64,000 bases of DNA from Vulcanimicrobiota bacterium (GCA_963805945.1 CAWDVP010000006.1:96001-160000), one strand, 5' to 3'. Shown: positions 15,099 through 25,233, counted from the first letter of the stretch. Program-made: numbers and translations. The notes: a model not told the origin generated them from the sequence alone.

Positions 15099-15722
15099 CT
15101 AGGCCGCCGACGGTTTCGGCGCGCTGGCCGCTCTGCTCTCCCTGTTGATGACCGAGTCGACGATGCCGTAGGTGACGGCTTCCGTCGCCGTCATGATGTA
15201 ATCGCGCTCTAAATCCCGTTCGATTCGCTCGAGCGACTGTCCCGTTGTCTCTACATAGATATCGGCCAGAACGCGCCTGCTCTTAATGAGGTCCCGCGCA
15301 TGGATCTCAAGGTCGGTGGCCTGGCCGCCCATCTGGGAAACCCACGGCTGATGGATGATTACCTTGGAGTAAGGAAGGCAAAAGCGCTTGCCCTTGGCCC
15401 CGCCCGTGAGCAGGATCGAAGCGGCGCTCGCGGCCATGCCCGCGCAGAAGGTCGCGACGTCGGGTTTGATGAGGCACATCGTGTCGAAGATCGCCAGGCC
15501 CGCGGTCAGACTGCCGCCCGGCGAGTTGATGTACATCTCGATGTCCTTGTCCGCGTCCTCGCGCTCGAGGAAGAGCAGCTGCGCGATGACCAGGTTGGCC
15601 ATGTTGTCGTCGATGCCGCCGGTGACGAAGATGATGCGGTCCTTGAGCAGCCGTGAAAAGATGTCGAAGGCGCGCTCGCCGCGCGAGGTCTGCTCGACGA
15701 CCATCGGTACCAGATGTCCCAT
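15099..15722 (-). CDS. clpP: ATP-dependent Clp protease proteolytic subunit
   Basis: [32 protein letters not shown]; own AGGAG RBS. Confidence 0.95.
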   Translation of the reverse strand: MGHLVPMVVEQTSRGERAFDIFSRLLKDRIIFVTGGIDDNMANLVIAQLLFLEREDADKDIEMYINSPGGSLTAGLAIFDTMCLIKPDVATFCAGMAASAASILLTGGAKGKRFCLPYSKVIIHQPWVSQMGGQATDLEIHARDLIKSRRVLADIYVETTGQSLERIERDLERDYIMTATEAVTYGIVDSVINRESRAASAPKPSAA

Positions 15723-17084
15723 GATTCTCCTATTTCTCCCCGAGCTGCGCTCGGGCACTACTTCGGTCTGCGTTGCGACGTGCGGCGGCGAGACCTCGAC
15801 GACCTCCGCCTTTTCGACTAGGAACGCGATCGTCTTGTTACGCTTGATCGCGGACAGCAAGCGCCCCAGCGCATCGTTCTTCTGCAAGGCCTCAAGCGTC
15901 GCCCGGCGCGACTGGCCGCTCGAGCGGGCGAGGGAGTCTATTTCGTGATCGACGTCGCTGCCGGACACCGTGATGTTCTCCTTCTTGCCGATCTGCTCGA
16001 TTAGCAGGCCGGTTTTGATGCGGCGACGTGCCTGCGCTTTCAGCCGTTCCGTCATCTCATCTTCGAGGATGTTCTGCGACTGCAGATATGCTTTCCAATC
16101 GGCGCCCGATCGCTCGACGTCATGCTTCGCGTCGTGCAGCATCGCCTCGGCCTCGCGCGTGACGAGCACGTCGGGCAGCGGGAACTCGTGTGCGGCCGTG
16201 ATCTTCTCGATGAGCTCGTTCTCGACCGTCTCAGCGGCGCGCGCCTGCTGCATGCGCTCGAGCCGGGCGCGGATCGCCTCGCGCAGCGCGGCGAGGTCGG
16301 GCAGATCGGAGACCTGCTTGACGAATTCCTCGTCGAGCGCCGGCAGCACCGGCGTCTTGATGTCGTGGACCGTCACCTCGAAGACCGCCGCTTTGCCCGC
16401 CAAGGACTCGGGCTTGTAGACGGCGGGAAAGGTGACGTTGAGCGTGCGCTGTTCGCCGGCGCGCGCATCGCGCAGCTGTTCGGCGAAGCCCGGGATGAAG
16501 CGCTCGGGAGATATCTCGGTGGTGTGGTTCGTCGCGCTGCCGCCTTCGAACAATTCGCCGTCGATGCGGCCGGCGTAATCGAGCGTGACGACATCGCCGT
16601 CGACGATGCCGCGGTCCTCGACGGGTTCGAGCGTCGCGGCGCGGCGGCGCAGCGCTTCGAGGCTTTCGTCGACATCAGCGTCCGTGATGTGCACGGCGGG
16701 CTTGTTCACTTTGACGCCGGTGTAGGCGCCGAGGGTGATCTCGGGGCGCACCGCGACTGTGGCCGTGATCTTGAGCGTCTTGCCGTCATCGCCGCGCTCG
16801 AGATCGATCTTCGGCCGGTCGACCGGGTCGAGATCGTGCTCTTCAAGCGCTTTGGCATATGCGTCGGGCACCACCGTCTCGATGGCTTCGTGCTCGACGT
16901 GCTCGGCGCCGACGTGCTGCTCGACGATGCGGTGGGGGATGTGGCCCGGGCGGAAGCCGGGCAGGCGCAGCTGCTGGGAAAGCTTGTGCAACGCCTGTGC
17001 GCGCGCGCGCGCGAACTCGGGTGCATCGACCTGGATGTCCAGTTGGACTTGGGTCGGGTCGATCTTCTTCAGGGTGGTGGTCAA
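15723..17084 (-). CDS. tig: Trigger factor (no in-frame stop before clpP as sequenced)
   Basis: [19 protein letters not shown] domain. Confidence 0.93.
15735..15764 (-). repeat. REP-like hairpin family C, upstream of clpP
   Basis: GAAGTAGTGCCCGAGCGCAGCTCGGGGAGA. Confidence 0.85.
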
Positions 17085-17100
17085 GTCGGTGTTGATCCTT

Positions 17101-17175
17101 TGGAGCGGAAGACGAGATTCGAACTCGCGACCCTCGCCTTGGCAAGGCGATGCTCTACCACTGAGCTACTTCCGC
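17101..17175 (-). tRNA. tRNA-Gly (GCC)
   Basis: Cloverleaf, anticodon loop TTGCCAA, encoded CCA. Confidence 0.96.
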
Positions 17176-17234
17176 GCGCGAGCGCACTTAATTAACCGCC
17201 AGGGTCCATTTCCCTTGCGCACGAACGACTGAGC

Positions 17235-17366
17235 ATGCAGGATAGTCATCTCGTCGCCGTCGCTCTAGTGCTCGGCGGCGCGTTGTATCTCACGATTTTC
17301 TTCTGGGTCGCCGTGCAGCGCGTGCGCGAGCTTGGCCCGCCAAAGCCTCCGCCGGAGCATCACTAG
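17235..17366 (+). CDS. Putative 43-aa single-TM small protein
   Basis: MQDSHLVAVALVLGGALYLTIFFWVAVQRVRELGPPKPPPEHH; no clear RBS, possibly leaderless. Confidence 0.5.
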   Translation: MQDSHLVAVALVLGGALYLTIFFWVAVQRVRELGPPKPPPEHH

Positions 17367-17373
17367 GTCAGAC

Positions 17374-17405
17374 GAAAGGGCGGCCCTGAAAAGGAGCCGC
17401 CCTTG
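17374..17405. terminator. Hairpin between the convergent small ORF and acs
   Basis: AAGGGCGGC...GCCGCCCTT inverted repeat. Confidence 0.6.
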
Positions 17406-17420
17406 TCTTGTAAGGCGGGC

Positions 17421-19400
17421 CTATCCTTCGTCCTTGGTCGAGGTCTTCGCCATCTCCGCGATGTTCTTGACGACAGTCGCGTCGGCGAGTGTCGTCGTAT
17501 CGCCGAGCGGACGCTCCTCCATCACGTCGCGCAGCAACCGTCGCATGATCTTGCCCGATCGGGTCTTGGGCAGGTCCGGCGTGAACGTGACGTACTTCGG
17601 CCGAGCGAACGCGCCGATCTTGCTGGCGACGTGCTTGCGCAGCATGTTCGCCTCCTCTTCGGAGCCGACGCCTCCGCCCTTGAGCGTGACGAATGCGGCG
17701 ATGGCCTCGCCGGTGATGTCGTCTTTCTTGGCGACGACCGCTGCCTCGGCGACCTTGGGGTGGTCGACGAACGCGCTCTCCACTTCGGTGGTCGAGATGC
17801 GGTGGCCGGAGACGTTCATCACGTCATCCACGCGGCCGAGCAACCAGTAGTAGCCGTCCTCGTCGCGCTTGCAGCCGTCCGCGGGGAAGTAGTAGCCTTG
17901 TTTGGCGAACTTCTTCCAATAGGTCTCGAGGTAGCGGTCGTGTGCACGCCATAGGGTGCGCAGCATCGCCGGATATGGTCGTGTGATAACGACATATCCG
18001 CCGCCGCCGAGCGGCACCGACTCGCCTTCTGCGCTCACCACATCTGCGAACACGCCTGGGTATGGGAACGTCGCCGATCCCGGTTTGGTCGGCGTGATGC
18101 CGGGCAACGGTGTGATGAGTATCTGCCCGGTCTCTGTCTGCCACCAGGTGTCGACGACCGGGCAGCGTCCCTTGCCGATGTATTCGTAGTACCACACCCA
18201 GGCTTCCGGGTTGATCGGCTCGCCGACCGTGCCGAGCAAACGCAAGCTGGACATGTCGTGTTTTTCCGGATATTCCGGACCCCATTTCATGAACGTGCGG
18301 ATAGCGGTCGGCGCGGTGTATAGGATCGTGATCTTGTATTTCTCGATCAGCGCCCAGAAGCGGTCCTTGTCGGGGAAATCGGGCGTGCCTTCGTAGATGA
18401 CGCCGGTCGTACGATTGGCCAGCGGCCCGTAGACGATGTACGAGTGACCGGTGACCCAGCCGATGTCCGCGGTGCACCAGAAGATGTCTTTGTCTTCTTT
18501 GATATCGAAGATGTGCTTGTGGGTCGACGTGATGCCGGTCAGGTAGCCGCCGGTCGTATGCACGATGCCCTTCGGCTTGGCGGTGGTGCCGCTCGAGTAG
18601 AGGATGTAGAGGATGTCTTCGGCCGCCATCTTCTCAGGCTCGCACTGATCGCTCTGCTTGGCCAGCAGCTCATGGTACCAGTGGTCGCGGCCGGCCTTCC
18701 ATTCGACTTTGTCGCCCACGCGCTTGAGGACGATGACGCTTTCTATGCTGGGCGTGTCCTTGGTCGCGTCGTCGGCGATCTGCTTCAACTGGATCTTGCC
18801 GCCGCGCCGCCAGCCCTGATCCTGTGTGATGAGCACTTTGCTCTCTTGATCGAGGATGCGGTCGCGCAGACTTTCCGCCGAGAAGCCGCCGAAGACGACG
18901 GAGTGGATGGCGCCGATGCGCGAGCAGGCGAGCAGCGCCACCGGCAGCTCGGGCACCATGCCCATGTAGATCGCGACGCGGTCGCCTTTCTTGACGCCCA
19001 AGCTCTTGAGCGCATTTGCCAGGCGGCATGTCTCCTTGAGAAGGTCCTCAAAGGTGAGGGTCCGCGCGTCGCCGGGCTCGCCTTCCCAGTAGTAAGCGAC
19101 CTGTTTGCCGTGGCCGTTCTTGACGTGCCGGTCGAGGCAGTTATAGCTGACGTTGAGCGTGCCGCCGTCGAACCAGCGCGCGACCTTGGTCTTTTCGTCC
19201 CACTGAAGCACCTTGGTCCATTTGGTGAACCAATCGAGGCGCTCGGCTTGCGATGCCCAAAACGCGTCGGGGTCCTTCGAGGCCGACTCGTAGATGGCCG
19301 GATCGTTCCAGTTCGCCTGTTTCTTGAAGGCCTCGGTCGGTGGAAAGGCTCGGTGCTCCGCGAAGAGCGCTTCGATCGCTTGCGCTTTGATTTCGGGCAT
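17421..19400 (-). CDS. acs: Acetyl-CoA synthetase
   Basis: YSSGTTAKPKG, WWQTETG, PKTRSGKIMRR. Confidence 0.97.
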   Translation of the reverse strand: MPEIKAQAIEALFAEHRAFPPTEAFKKQANWNDPAIYESASKDPDAFWASQAERLDWFTKWTKVLQWDEKTKVARWFDGGTLNVSYNCLDRHVKNGHGKQVAYYWEGEPGDARTLTFEDLLKETCRLANALKSLGVKKGDRVAIYMGMVPELPVALLACSRIGAIHSVVFGGFSAESLRDRILDQESKVLITQDQGWRRGGKIQLKQIADDATKDTPSIESVIVLKRVGDKVEWKAGRDHWYHELLAKQSDQCEPEKMAAEDILYILYSSGTTAKPKGIVHTTGGYLTGITSTHKHIFDIKEDKDIFWCTADIGWVTGHSYIVYGPLANRTTGVIYEGTPDFPDKDRFWALIEKYKITILYTAPTAIRTFMKWGPEYPEKHDMSSLRLLGTVGEPINPEAWVWYYEYIGKGRCPVVDTWWQTETGQILITPLPGITPTKPGSATFPYPGVFADVVSAEGESVPLGGGGYVVITRPYPAMLRTLWRAHDRYLETYWKKFAKQGYYFPADGCKRDEDGYYWLLGRVDDVMNVSGHRISTTEVESAFVDHPKVAEAAVVAKKDDITGEAIAAFVTLKGGGVGSEEEANMLRKHVASKIGAFARPKYVTFTPDLPKTRSGKIMRRLLRDVMEERPLGDTTTLADATVVKNIAEMAKTSTKDEG

Positions 19401-19673
19401 GGGCGGTCTCCAATCGGCTCAGACAAGCCTGCATAAATAGCCCGGCTCGGCCCGGGCCCGGCGCGCAGTGGCATGATGAGGCGCGGCCCTGGGGGACAGG
19501 TGAGTTTGCCGCCGCGCCTGGGTCTCCTTCGCCACCGTATCGGAGCCAAGAGGTGACCGCCGCGGCAAGGCTCAATTGGTCGGCACGGACGGCGGTCGTT
19601 TGTCGTGTTGCACGACAAGCGGCGCTTGCTGTCTTGATCTCTATACGTGCTGCTCGAATTTGGAGGTTGATCG

Positions 19674-20213
19674 ATGGCTAGTTCAACCGAGCCGGTGGTG
19701 GCAAATCCGGGTCCCTTAGGTCTGGCGGGGTTCGCCCTTACCACGCTCTTATTGTCGGCCACCAACGCCGGGCTGTTGCCAGGCTCGGACGTCTGGATCG
19801 GCTACGCGCTCTTCTACGGCGGCATCGCGCAGTTCGCCGCCGGCATGTGGGAGTTCAAGGCGAAGAATACCTTCGGCGCGACGGCGTTCTCGACGTATGG
19901 CGCGTTCTGGCTGGGAACGGCGTTCTATGTCTGGTTCTGGGCTGGGAAATCGACCAACGTTCATGCCGACTTGGCCTGGATGCTGCTCGGCTTTGCGCTC
20001 TTCACCGGCATGATGATGCTCAACTCGTTCAAACTGAAGAACCCGCCCGTCATGTATGTCTTCGTGGCCCTGTTCATCACGTTCGTGCTGCTGTGCGCAG
20101 GTGAGTTCACCGGCATGGCGATGCTCCACACGGCCGGCGGTTACGTCGGTATCATCACGGCGCTGTTGGCCTGGTACGCCGCGCACAAAGGCGTAGAGGC
20201 CAGCCTCGCTTGA
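19674..20213 (+). CDS. satP: Acetate uptake transporter, GPR1/FUN34/YaaH (SatP) family
   Basis: ANPGPLGLAGF signature, 6 TM, divergent from acs. Confidence 0.9.
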   Translation: MASSTEPVVANPGPLGLAGFALTTLLLSATNAGLLPGSDVWIGYALFYGGIAQFAAGMWEFKAKNTFGATAFSTYGAFWLGTAFYVWFWAGKSTNVHADLAWMLLGFALFTGMMMLNSFKLKNPPVMYVFVALFITFVLLCAGEFTGMAMLHTAGGYVGIITALLAWYAAHKGVEASLA

Positions 20214-20246
20214 TACCGACCTGATCGGTAGCCCACACAACAACAG

Positions 20247-20280
20247 CGGCGGCCATGTCAGATGGCCGCCGTTTCCTTTT
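20247..20280 (+). terminator. Intrinsic terminator
   Basis: CGGCGGCCAT-loop-ATGGCCGCCG followed by TTTCCTTTT. Confidence 0.75.
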
Positions 20281-20303
20281 CTCCGGCGCTGCCGGCGTTA
20301 TGC

Positions 20304-20385
20304 TGGGCAAGACAGGAATCGAACCTGCATGGGTCGCCCCACCGGATTCTAAGTCCGGCGCGTCTGCCAATTCCGCCACTTGCCC
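20304..20385 (-). tRNA. tRNA-Leu (TAG)
   Basis: Long variable arm, anticodon loop CTTAGAA. Confidence 0.93.
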
Positions 20386-20443
20386 GTGCACCGACTGTAC
20401 CGCGACCGTTCTGGCCTGCCGCGGCGCCAGCCTGCGATGGCGG

Positions 20444-21775
20444 TCAGATGAGGCGGGCGTGGCGTTGGCGTTTCCATACGAATGTGTAGTAGACGTATTG
20501 GAGCAGCAGCGACGTCGCGAACGCGGCCGGGTAGCCGATCCAGATGCCCTCGATGCCGATGCGGTGAGACAAGATGTACGCGACCGGCACCTCGACCGCC
20601 CAGATCGAAGCGATGCTGATGGTGGTCGGCCACAGCACCGTGCCGCTGGCGCGCATGATGCCCGAGAGTATGGCCGAGTTGCCGAAGAGCAGGTAGCTCC
20701 ACAAGGTGATAGCGAGCAGCCGCACGGCGACTTCGAGCGTGGCCTGGTCGGTGAGGAAAAGCCCGACGATCTCGCGCTTGAAGATGTAGCACAGCGCGAT
20801 GAGCGTGCCGCCTACCGCGTAGTTGAGCCCACGCCGGAACGGATGACGCGGCCGAGCAGGTCTGAGCGGCTCGCGCCGATGGCTTGGGAGCCGAAGATCG
20901 AGGCGGTGATGCCGATGCTGATGGCTGGGAACTGCACGTAGCTGACGATCTGGTTCACCGCGCCGTATGCGGCGGTCGCATGCGAGCCGTAGCGATTGAC
21001 GAACGATATCACCGCGAGCTCCGCCAGGGACACCATCACGACTTGGATGCCGGTGGGGATGCCGATGCGCACCATTTGGACGAGGATCGGCCAGTTGATC
21101 TTGAGATCCTGGATGGTCTCGGCATCGAGGGCGAGCGGGTGGTTGATGAGACGCAGATACACGATGAGGGCCAGTAGCCCGAGGGTGTTGGCGGCGAGCG
21201 CGGCGACGGCGGCGCTGACCACACCGAGGTGCGGCAGGCCGAACCAGCCCAGGATGAGGGCGGGGGTGAAGGCCACGCTCGAGCACGGTCGTCACGAGCA
21301 AGAAGATGAACGGCGTCGTCGAGTCGCCCGTGCCGCGCATGAACGTGACGTACGCGAAGAACACGAAGAGCAGCGGCAGCATGGCGAATATCACGTGGGC
21401 ATACGCGACCGCGTCCGCGAGTATGTTCGACGGCGTGCCGAGCAGCTGCAGCATCTGGGTGGCGAAGGCGATGCCGACGCCGGCGCTCAGGCAACCGAGC
21501 AGGAACGTGACCGTGAGGCTGGTGCCGACGACCAGTTTGAGCTTATGCTGGTCCTTCGCGCCATACGCCTGGCCGATCAAGACGGCGCTGCCGTTGTTGA
21601 AGCCGATGAGAAACCCGATCAAGAGGAACAAGATCGGGAAAAGGGTCGAGATGGCCGCGAGGCCGTCCACGCCGATGAAACGCCCGATGAAAATGCTGTT
21701 GATGGTGCCGGAGGCGGATTGGAGGATGTTGCTCAGCACCAAGGGCACGAGGAAGAGGCCCATGACCTGCCACAT
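20444..21775 (-). CDS. MATE family efflux transporter with compensating frameshifts (~21280 +1, ~20830 -1); start uncertain
   Basis: RGTGDSTTP, IGIPTGIQ, RASG motifs split over two frames. Confidence 0.85.
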   Translation of the reverse strand: MWQVMGLFLVPLVLSNILQSASGTINSIFIGRFIGVDGLAAISTLFPILFLLIGFLIGFNNGSAVLIGQAYGAKDQHKLKLVVGTSLTVTFLLGCLSAGVGIAFATQMLQLLGTPSNILADAVAYAHVIFAMLPLLFVFFAYVTFMRGTGDSTTPFIFLLVTTVLERGLHPRPHPGLVRPAAPRCGQRRRRRARRQHPRATGPHRVSASHQPPARPRCRDHPGSQDQLADPRPNGAHRHPHRHPSRDGVPGGARGDIVRQSLRLACDRRIRRGEPDRQLRAVPSHQHRHHRLDLRLPSHRREPLRPARPRHPFRRGLNYAVGGTLIALCYIFKREIVGLFLTDQATLEVAVRLLAITLWSYLLFGNSAILSGIMRASGTVLWPTTISIASIWAVEVPVAYILSHRIGIEGIWIGYPAAFATSLLLQYVYYTFVWKRQRHARLI

Positions 21776-21875
21776 CGGCCGGGACTCGTCGAAGATACCT
21801 TGTAGGCGAGGGGCGCTGGAGGCTATGCGGCTGCTTTCGCTGGCGTTCGAGGGCGGTACGTCTGATCGGGATCTA

Positions 21876-21948
21876 TGCGTCGTGAGGGACTTGAACCCAC
21901 AACCAACAGATTAAGAGTCTGCTGCTCTACCAATTGAGCTAACGACGC
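21876..21948 (-). tRNA. tRNA-Lys (CTT)
   Basis: Anticodon loop CTCTTAA. Confidence 0.95.
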
Positions 21949-22071
21949 GCTATCGCGCCTTTATGTTGTCGCAGCGCTGCATCGATTTCCTGTCGCCGGG
22001 CGAGGGGCGTCACCGTCGATGACGAACTTCTGGCCATTCCGTCGCCGCGAACACGAGAGAGGAGCTCATGT

Positions 22072-24204
22072 ATGAGGTCATTGCCCGTTGCTTTGATGCT
22101 CATCGCAGTCGCCGCCGGGCCCGCGCTGGCCACCGCGCTCAAGCCGCCCCCAACGCCCGTCGTCGATGTCACGACGATGTACTGGGGCGTGCCGGTGAGC
22201 GACCCGTATCGCTGGCTTGAGGCTGATTCCTCCAATGTCTCGCGCTGGATCGATGCACAGAACACATATGCCGCCAAGGTGTTCGCGACATATCGACACG
22301 CTGATACGATCGCCGCGCGGCTGCGCCAGCTCGCGATCACGGGTCCGCAGCAATTCGATCCCAAGATCGCGGCGGGCAAGCTCTTCTACCTGCGCGAGAC
22401 GCCGCCGCAGGCGCAGCCCGTGCTGGTCGTGCAACCCTGGCCGACCGGGATGGCTCGCGTCTTGGTGGATCCCAATCCGGCAGGAGGGTTGTTGTCCGTC
22501 GAGGGCTATTGGCCGTCACCGGACGGAGCGCACGTCGCCTACGCGACGCAGGACGCCGGCGCAGAGCGGACCACCATGCACGTGGTGGACACGGCAACCG
22601 GACGCCTGCTGCCCGATTTGCTGCCATGGGTCGGCGGCGGCACATCCCCGGACGCAGTCGCGTGGGACGCGGGCAGCCGCGGTTTCGCGTACACGCGCAT
22701 GCCGTCGCCCGCGCATGCGACGCCTGATGAATCCTATTTCGATTCTAGCCTCTATCACCACGCGCTCGGAACGCCGGCCGCCGCCGATACGCCCGCGTTG
22801 GGTGCAGGCTTCTCGCCGGTCGCCGAATGGAATGCGGGCGATTCGAGCGATGGCCGGTCGGTGGCGCTCGTGCATTTCGGTGACGGGTCGTACAACGCGG
22901 TCTACGTGCGCGGTAAAGACGGGACGTGGCGCAAGGCCGTCGACGCGTCCGCGAATGTGCTTGTGGGCGAGGATGAGACGCGGGTCACGACGGCGGCGTT
23001 TGCCGGCCCGTCCTTGCTCGTCATAGAAACGGCGGACGCGCCGCGGGGGAGGATCGTTGCCATCGGCGCGAAGGCCGGTACGATTCCCGCGACGATCCTG
23101 ACGGAACCGGACGGGGGTTGGTCGATCCGTGCGATCGCTTCTATGCGCGGCGGTTTTCTCACGACTGAGGTCAAGGGTCCGGATTGGCGCGTCCGGCATT
23201 TCGACGATGCCGGCACGCTCATCCGCGTCGTCGCGCTGCCAGCGCGGGGCATCGGCGTCGACAGCGTGACCACTGATCCCGATGGCACCGAGGCGCTCAT
23301 CGAGTATTCAGGGTGGGTCATTCCCACGCGCTGGATGCGCTACGATGGCGCAAGCGGAGCACTGGCGCAGATCTACGCGCTCCAACCGCCAGCCAACTAT
23401 TCGAATGTCGAGTTCACCGTCTTGTACGCGACCTCAAAGGATGGGACGCGCGTGCCCGTCACGGTGATCCACAAGCGCGGTATGGCCGCGGATGCGACCG
23501 CGCCGGGCATCCTGAGCGCATACGGCGGTTATGGCCTCTCGCAGAGCCCGGGCTTCATCGGGTCGGCGCTCTTCTGGATCGAGCACGGCGGCGTGTACGC
23601 CGAGGCGAATATCCGTGGCGGCGGCGAATACGGGGAGACGTGGCATCTCGACGGTAGGCTCACGAAGAAGCAGAATGATTACGATGACTTCGCGGCATGC
23701 GCGCGCGCGCTTGTCGATGCTGGGTGGGTCGCGCCGGGTCGCTTGGGCATCGTGGGCGGCAGCAACGGCGGTCTGCTCATGGGCGCAGCGTTGACGCAGC
23801 ACCCGGAGCTGTATAAAGCTGTGGTCAGCTTTGCAGGCGACTACGACATGCTGCGCGTCGAGAACTCACCGAACGGGCGCTACAACGTTACCGAATTCGG
23901 CACGGTGAAGGACGAGGCGCAGTTCAAAGCGCTCTATGCCTACTCGCCGTACTATAATGTGCACGCGGGCACGGCGTACCCGGCGATCTTGATGATCGCC
24001 GGAGAGAACGATCCGCGCGTGCCTCCTTGGCAGTCGCGCAAGATGATCCCACGTCTCCAGGCTGCCACGTCGAGCACGCAGCCGATCATGCTGATCACAC
24101 GTAGCCAGGCCGGTCACGGGATCGGGGCGTCGTTCAGCCAGCGGCTGGGCAACCGTTCAGCGGAGTATATCTTCTTCGCGAACGAGCTTGGCCTGCAGTT
24201 CTAG
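22072..24204 (+). CDS. Secreted prolyl oligopeptidase (S9A)
   Basis: DPYRWLE, GGSNGG, NDPRV, GHG; signal peptide. Confidence 0.95.
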   Translation: MRSLPVALMLIAVAAGPALATALKPPPTPVVDVTTMYWGVPVSDPYRWLEADSSNVSRWIDAQNTYAAKVFATYRHADTIAARLRQLAITGPQQFDPKIAAGKLFYLRETPPQAQPVLVVQPWPTGMARVLVDPNPAGGLLSVEGYWPSPDGAHVAYATQDAGAERTTMHVVDTATGRLLPDLLPWVGGGTSPDAVAWDAGSRGFAYTRMPSPAHATPDESYFDSSLYHHALGTPAAADTPALGAGFSPVAEWNAGDSSDGRSVALVHFGDGSYNAVYVRGKDGTWRKAVDASANVLVGEDETRVTTAAFAGPSLLVIETADAPRGRIVAIGAKAGTIPATILTEPDGGWSIRAIASMRGGFLTTEVKGPDWRVRHFDDAGTLIRVVALPARGIGVDSVTTDPDGTEALIEYSGWVIPTRWMRYDGASGALAQIYALQPPANYSNVEFTVLYATSKDGTRVPVTVIHKRGMAADATAPGILSAYGGYGLSQSPGFIGSALFWIEHGGVYAEANIRGGGEYGETWHLDGRLTKKQNDYDDFAACARALVDAGWVAPGRLGIVGGSNGGLLMGAALTQHPELYKAVVSFAGDYDMLRVENSPNGRYNVTEFGTVKDEAQFKALYAYSPYYNVHAGTAYPAILMIAGENDPRVPPWQSRKMIPRLQAATSSTQPIMLITRSQAGHGIGASFSQRLGNRSAEYIFFANELGLQF

Positions 24205-24215
24205 GAAAGAAAAAG

Positions 24216-24287
24216 TGCCCCGCGGCAGACTCGAACTGCCAACCACCGGCTTAAAAGGCCGATGCTCTACCATTGAGCTAGCGGAGC
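24216..24287 (-). tRNA. tRNA-Lys (TTT)
   Basis: Anticodon loop CTTTTAA. Confidence 0.94.
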
Positions 24288-24295
24288 ACACTGAT

Positions 24296-24369
24296 CGCGC
24301 CTGGAGGGGCTCGAACCCCCAACCGCCAGATTCGAAGTCTGGAACTCTATCCAATTGAGCTACAGGCGC
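24296..24369 (-). tRNA. tRNA-Arg (TCG)
   Basis: Anticodon loop CTTCGAA. Confidence 0.93.
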
Positions 24370-24378
24370 CTGGGTCTG

Positions 24379-24456
24379 TGGGGTGAATGAGGGGAGTTGA
24401 ACCCCCGGCCTCTGGCTTCACAGGCCAGCGCTCTAACCAACTGAGCTACATTCACC
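24379..24456 (-). tRNA. tRNA-His (GTG)
   Basis: Anticodon loop CTGTGAA, extra G-1, encoded CCA. Confidence 0.94.
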
Positions 24457-24471
24457 ATTCGGGCGACCCGC

Positions 24472-24924
24472 TTATTCTCTTTCATACTCTCTTGCTCCCG
24501 CCTTCCACCTTAGTTGCAGCGCCGTCCGTCGCCGGTGACAATTAGCGCATCGAACTTCGCACTTGGCGATCTCATCTTCGATGATCTTCCAAGCCAAGCC
24601 ATCCCCGACCATAATCGCGACACTTTCGCGCTTCACGCCTCTGACGTGGTCGAATTCCAGCACAACAGGATCGGCCTCCCCGCAGTCAACACACGGGTGG
24701 CATTTGAGATAGGCGTCGGCGAATCGTTGATTGCGTAGTCGGTAACGACGCATGTTTCGAAGTCGATGCGCACTGTACTGAGCCACGTGGGCGCGGTAAT
24801 AGTCTCGAAGGTAGCTCTCATGGCAGGGCCTGCAATATGATCGGAGCTTTGGCCTACTTGGCTGGCGGCGATCGAATTTCTCAATCGGGAGAAGTCGGCA
24901 ACATTTCGGGCATCGCTTCCACAT
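24472..24924 (-). CDS. HNH endonuclease-like protein
   Basis: CVDCG...LEFDH...CEVRCANCH motif plus N-terminal CxxC...CxxC. Confidence 0.85.
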   Translation of the reverse strand: MWKRCPKCCRLLPIEKFDRRQPSRPKLRSYCRPCHESYLRDYYRAHVAQYSAHRLRNMRRYRLRNQRFADAYLKCHPCVDCGEADPVVLEFDHVRGVKRESVAIMVGDGLAWKIIEDEIAKCEVRCANCHRRRTALQLRWKAGAREYERE

Positions 24925-24992
24925 GCATGCAGTATCACGCCGAACACGCGTTTGTCTAGCCGATTCAAGACCGATGAGTGAAGAATATCGTT

Positions 24993-25067
24993 CGCGCCCG
25001 CGGAGACTCGAACTCCGGACCTACCGCTTAGAAGGCGGTTGCTCTACTCCAACTGAGCTACGGGCGC
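24993..25067 (-). tRNA. tRNA-Arg (TCT)
   Basis: Anticodon loop CTTCTAA. Confidence 0.94.
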
Positions 25068-25154
25068 GCGCTAGTCTTACGGCTCTATTTCTTTGGGCTC
25101 AAGCCTCTGACCCTTGAAAACGGAAGAGACGCGCTGGCGCGCATCTCTTCTTCT

Positions 25155-25233
25155 TGGTCGGGCGGACAGGACTTGAACCTGCGAATCCTCTCGGTCCCAA
25201 ACCGAGCGCTCTACCAAGCTGAGCTACCGCCCG
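25155..25233 (-). tRNA. tRNA-Pro (TGG)
   Basis: CGG 5' end, anticodon loop TTTGGGA, encoded CCA. Confidence 0.93.

Noticed and set aside
24458..24470. Possible att duplicate of tRNA-Arg(TCT) 3' end after the HNH gene
   Set aside because: Similarity (TTCGGGCGACCCGC vs TTCGCGCCCGC) is too short and gapped.
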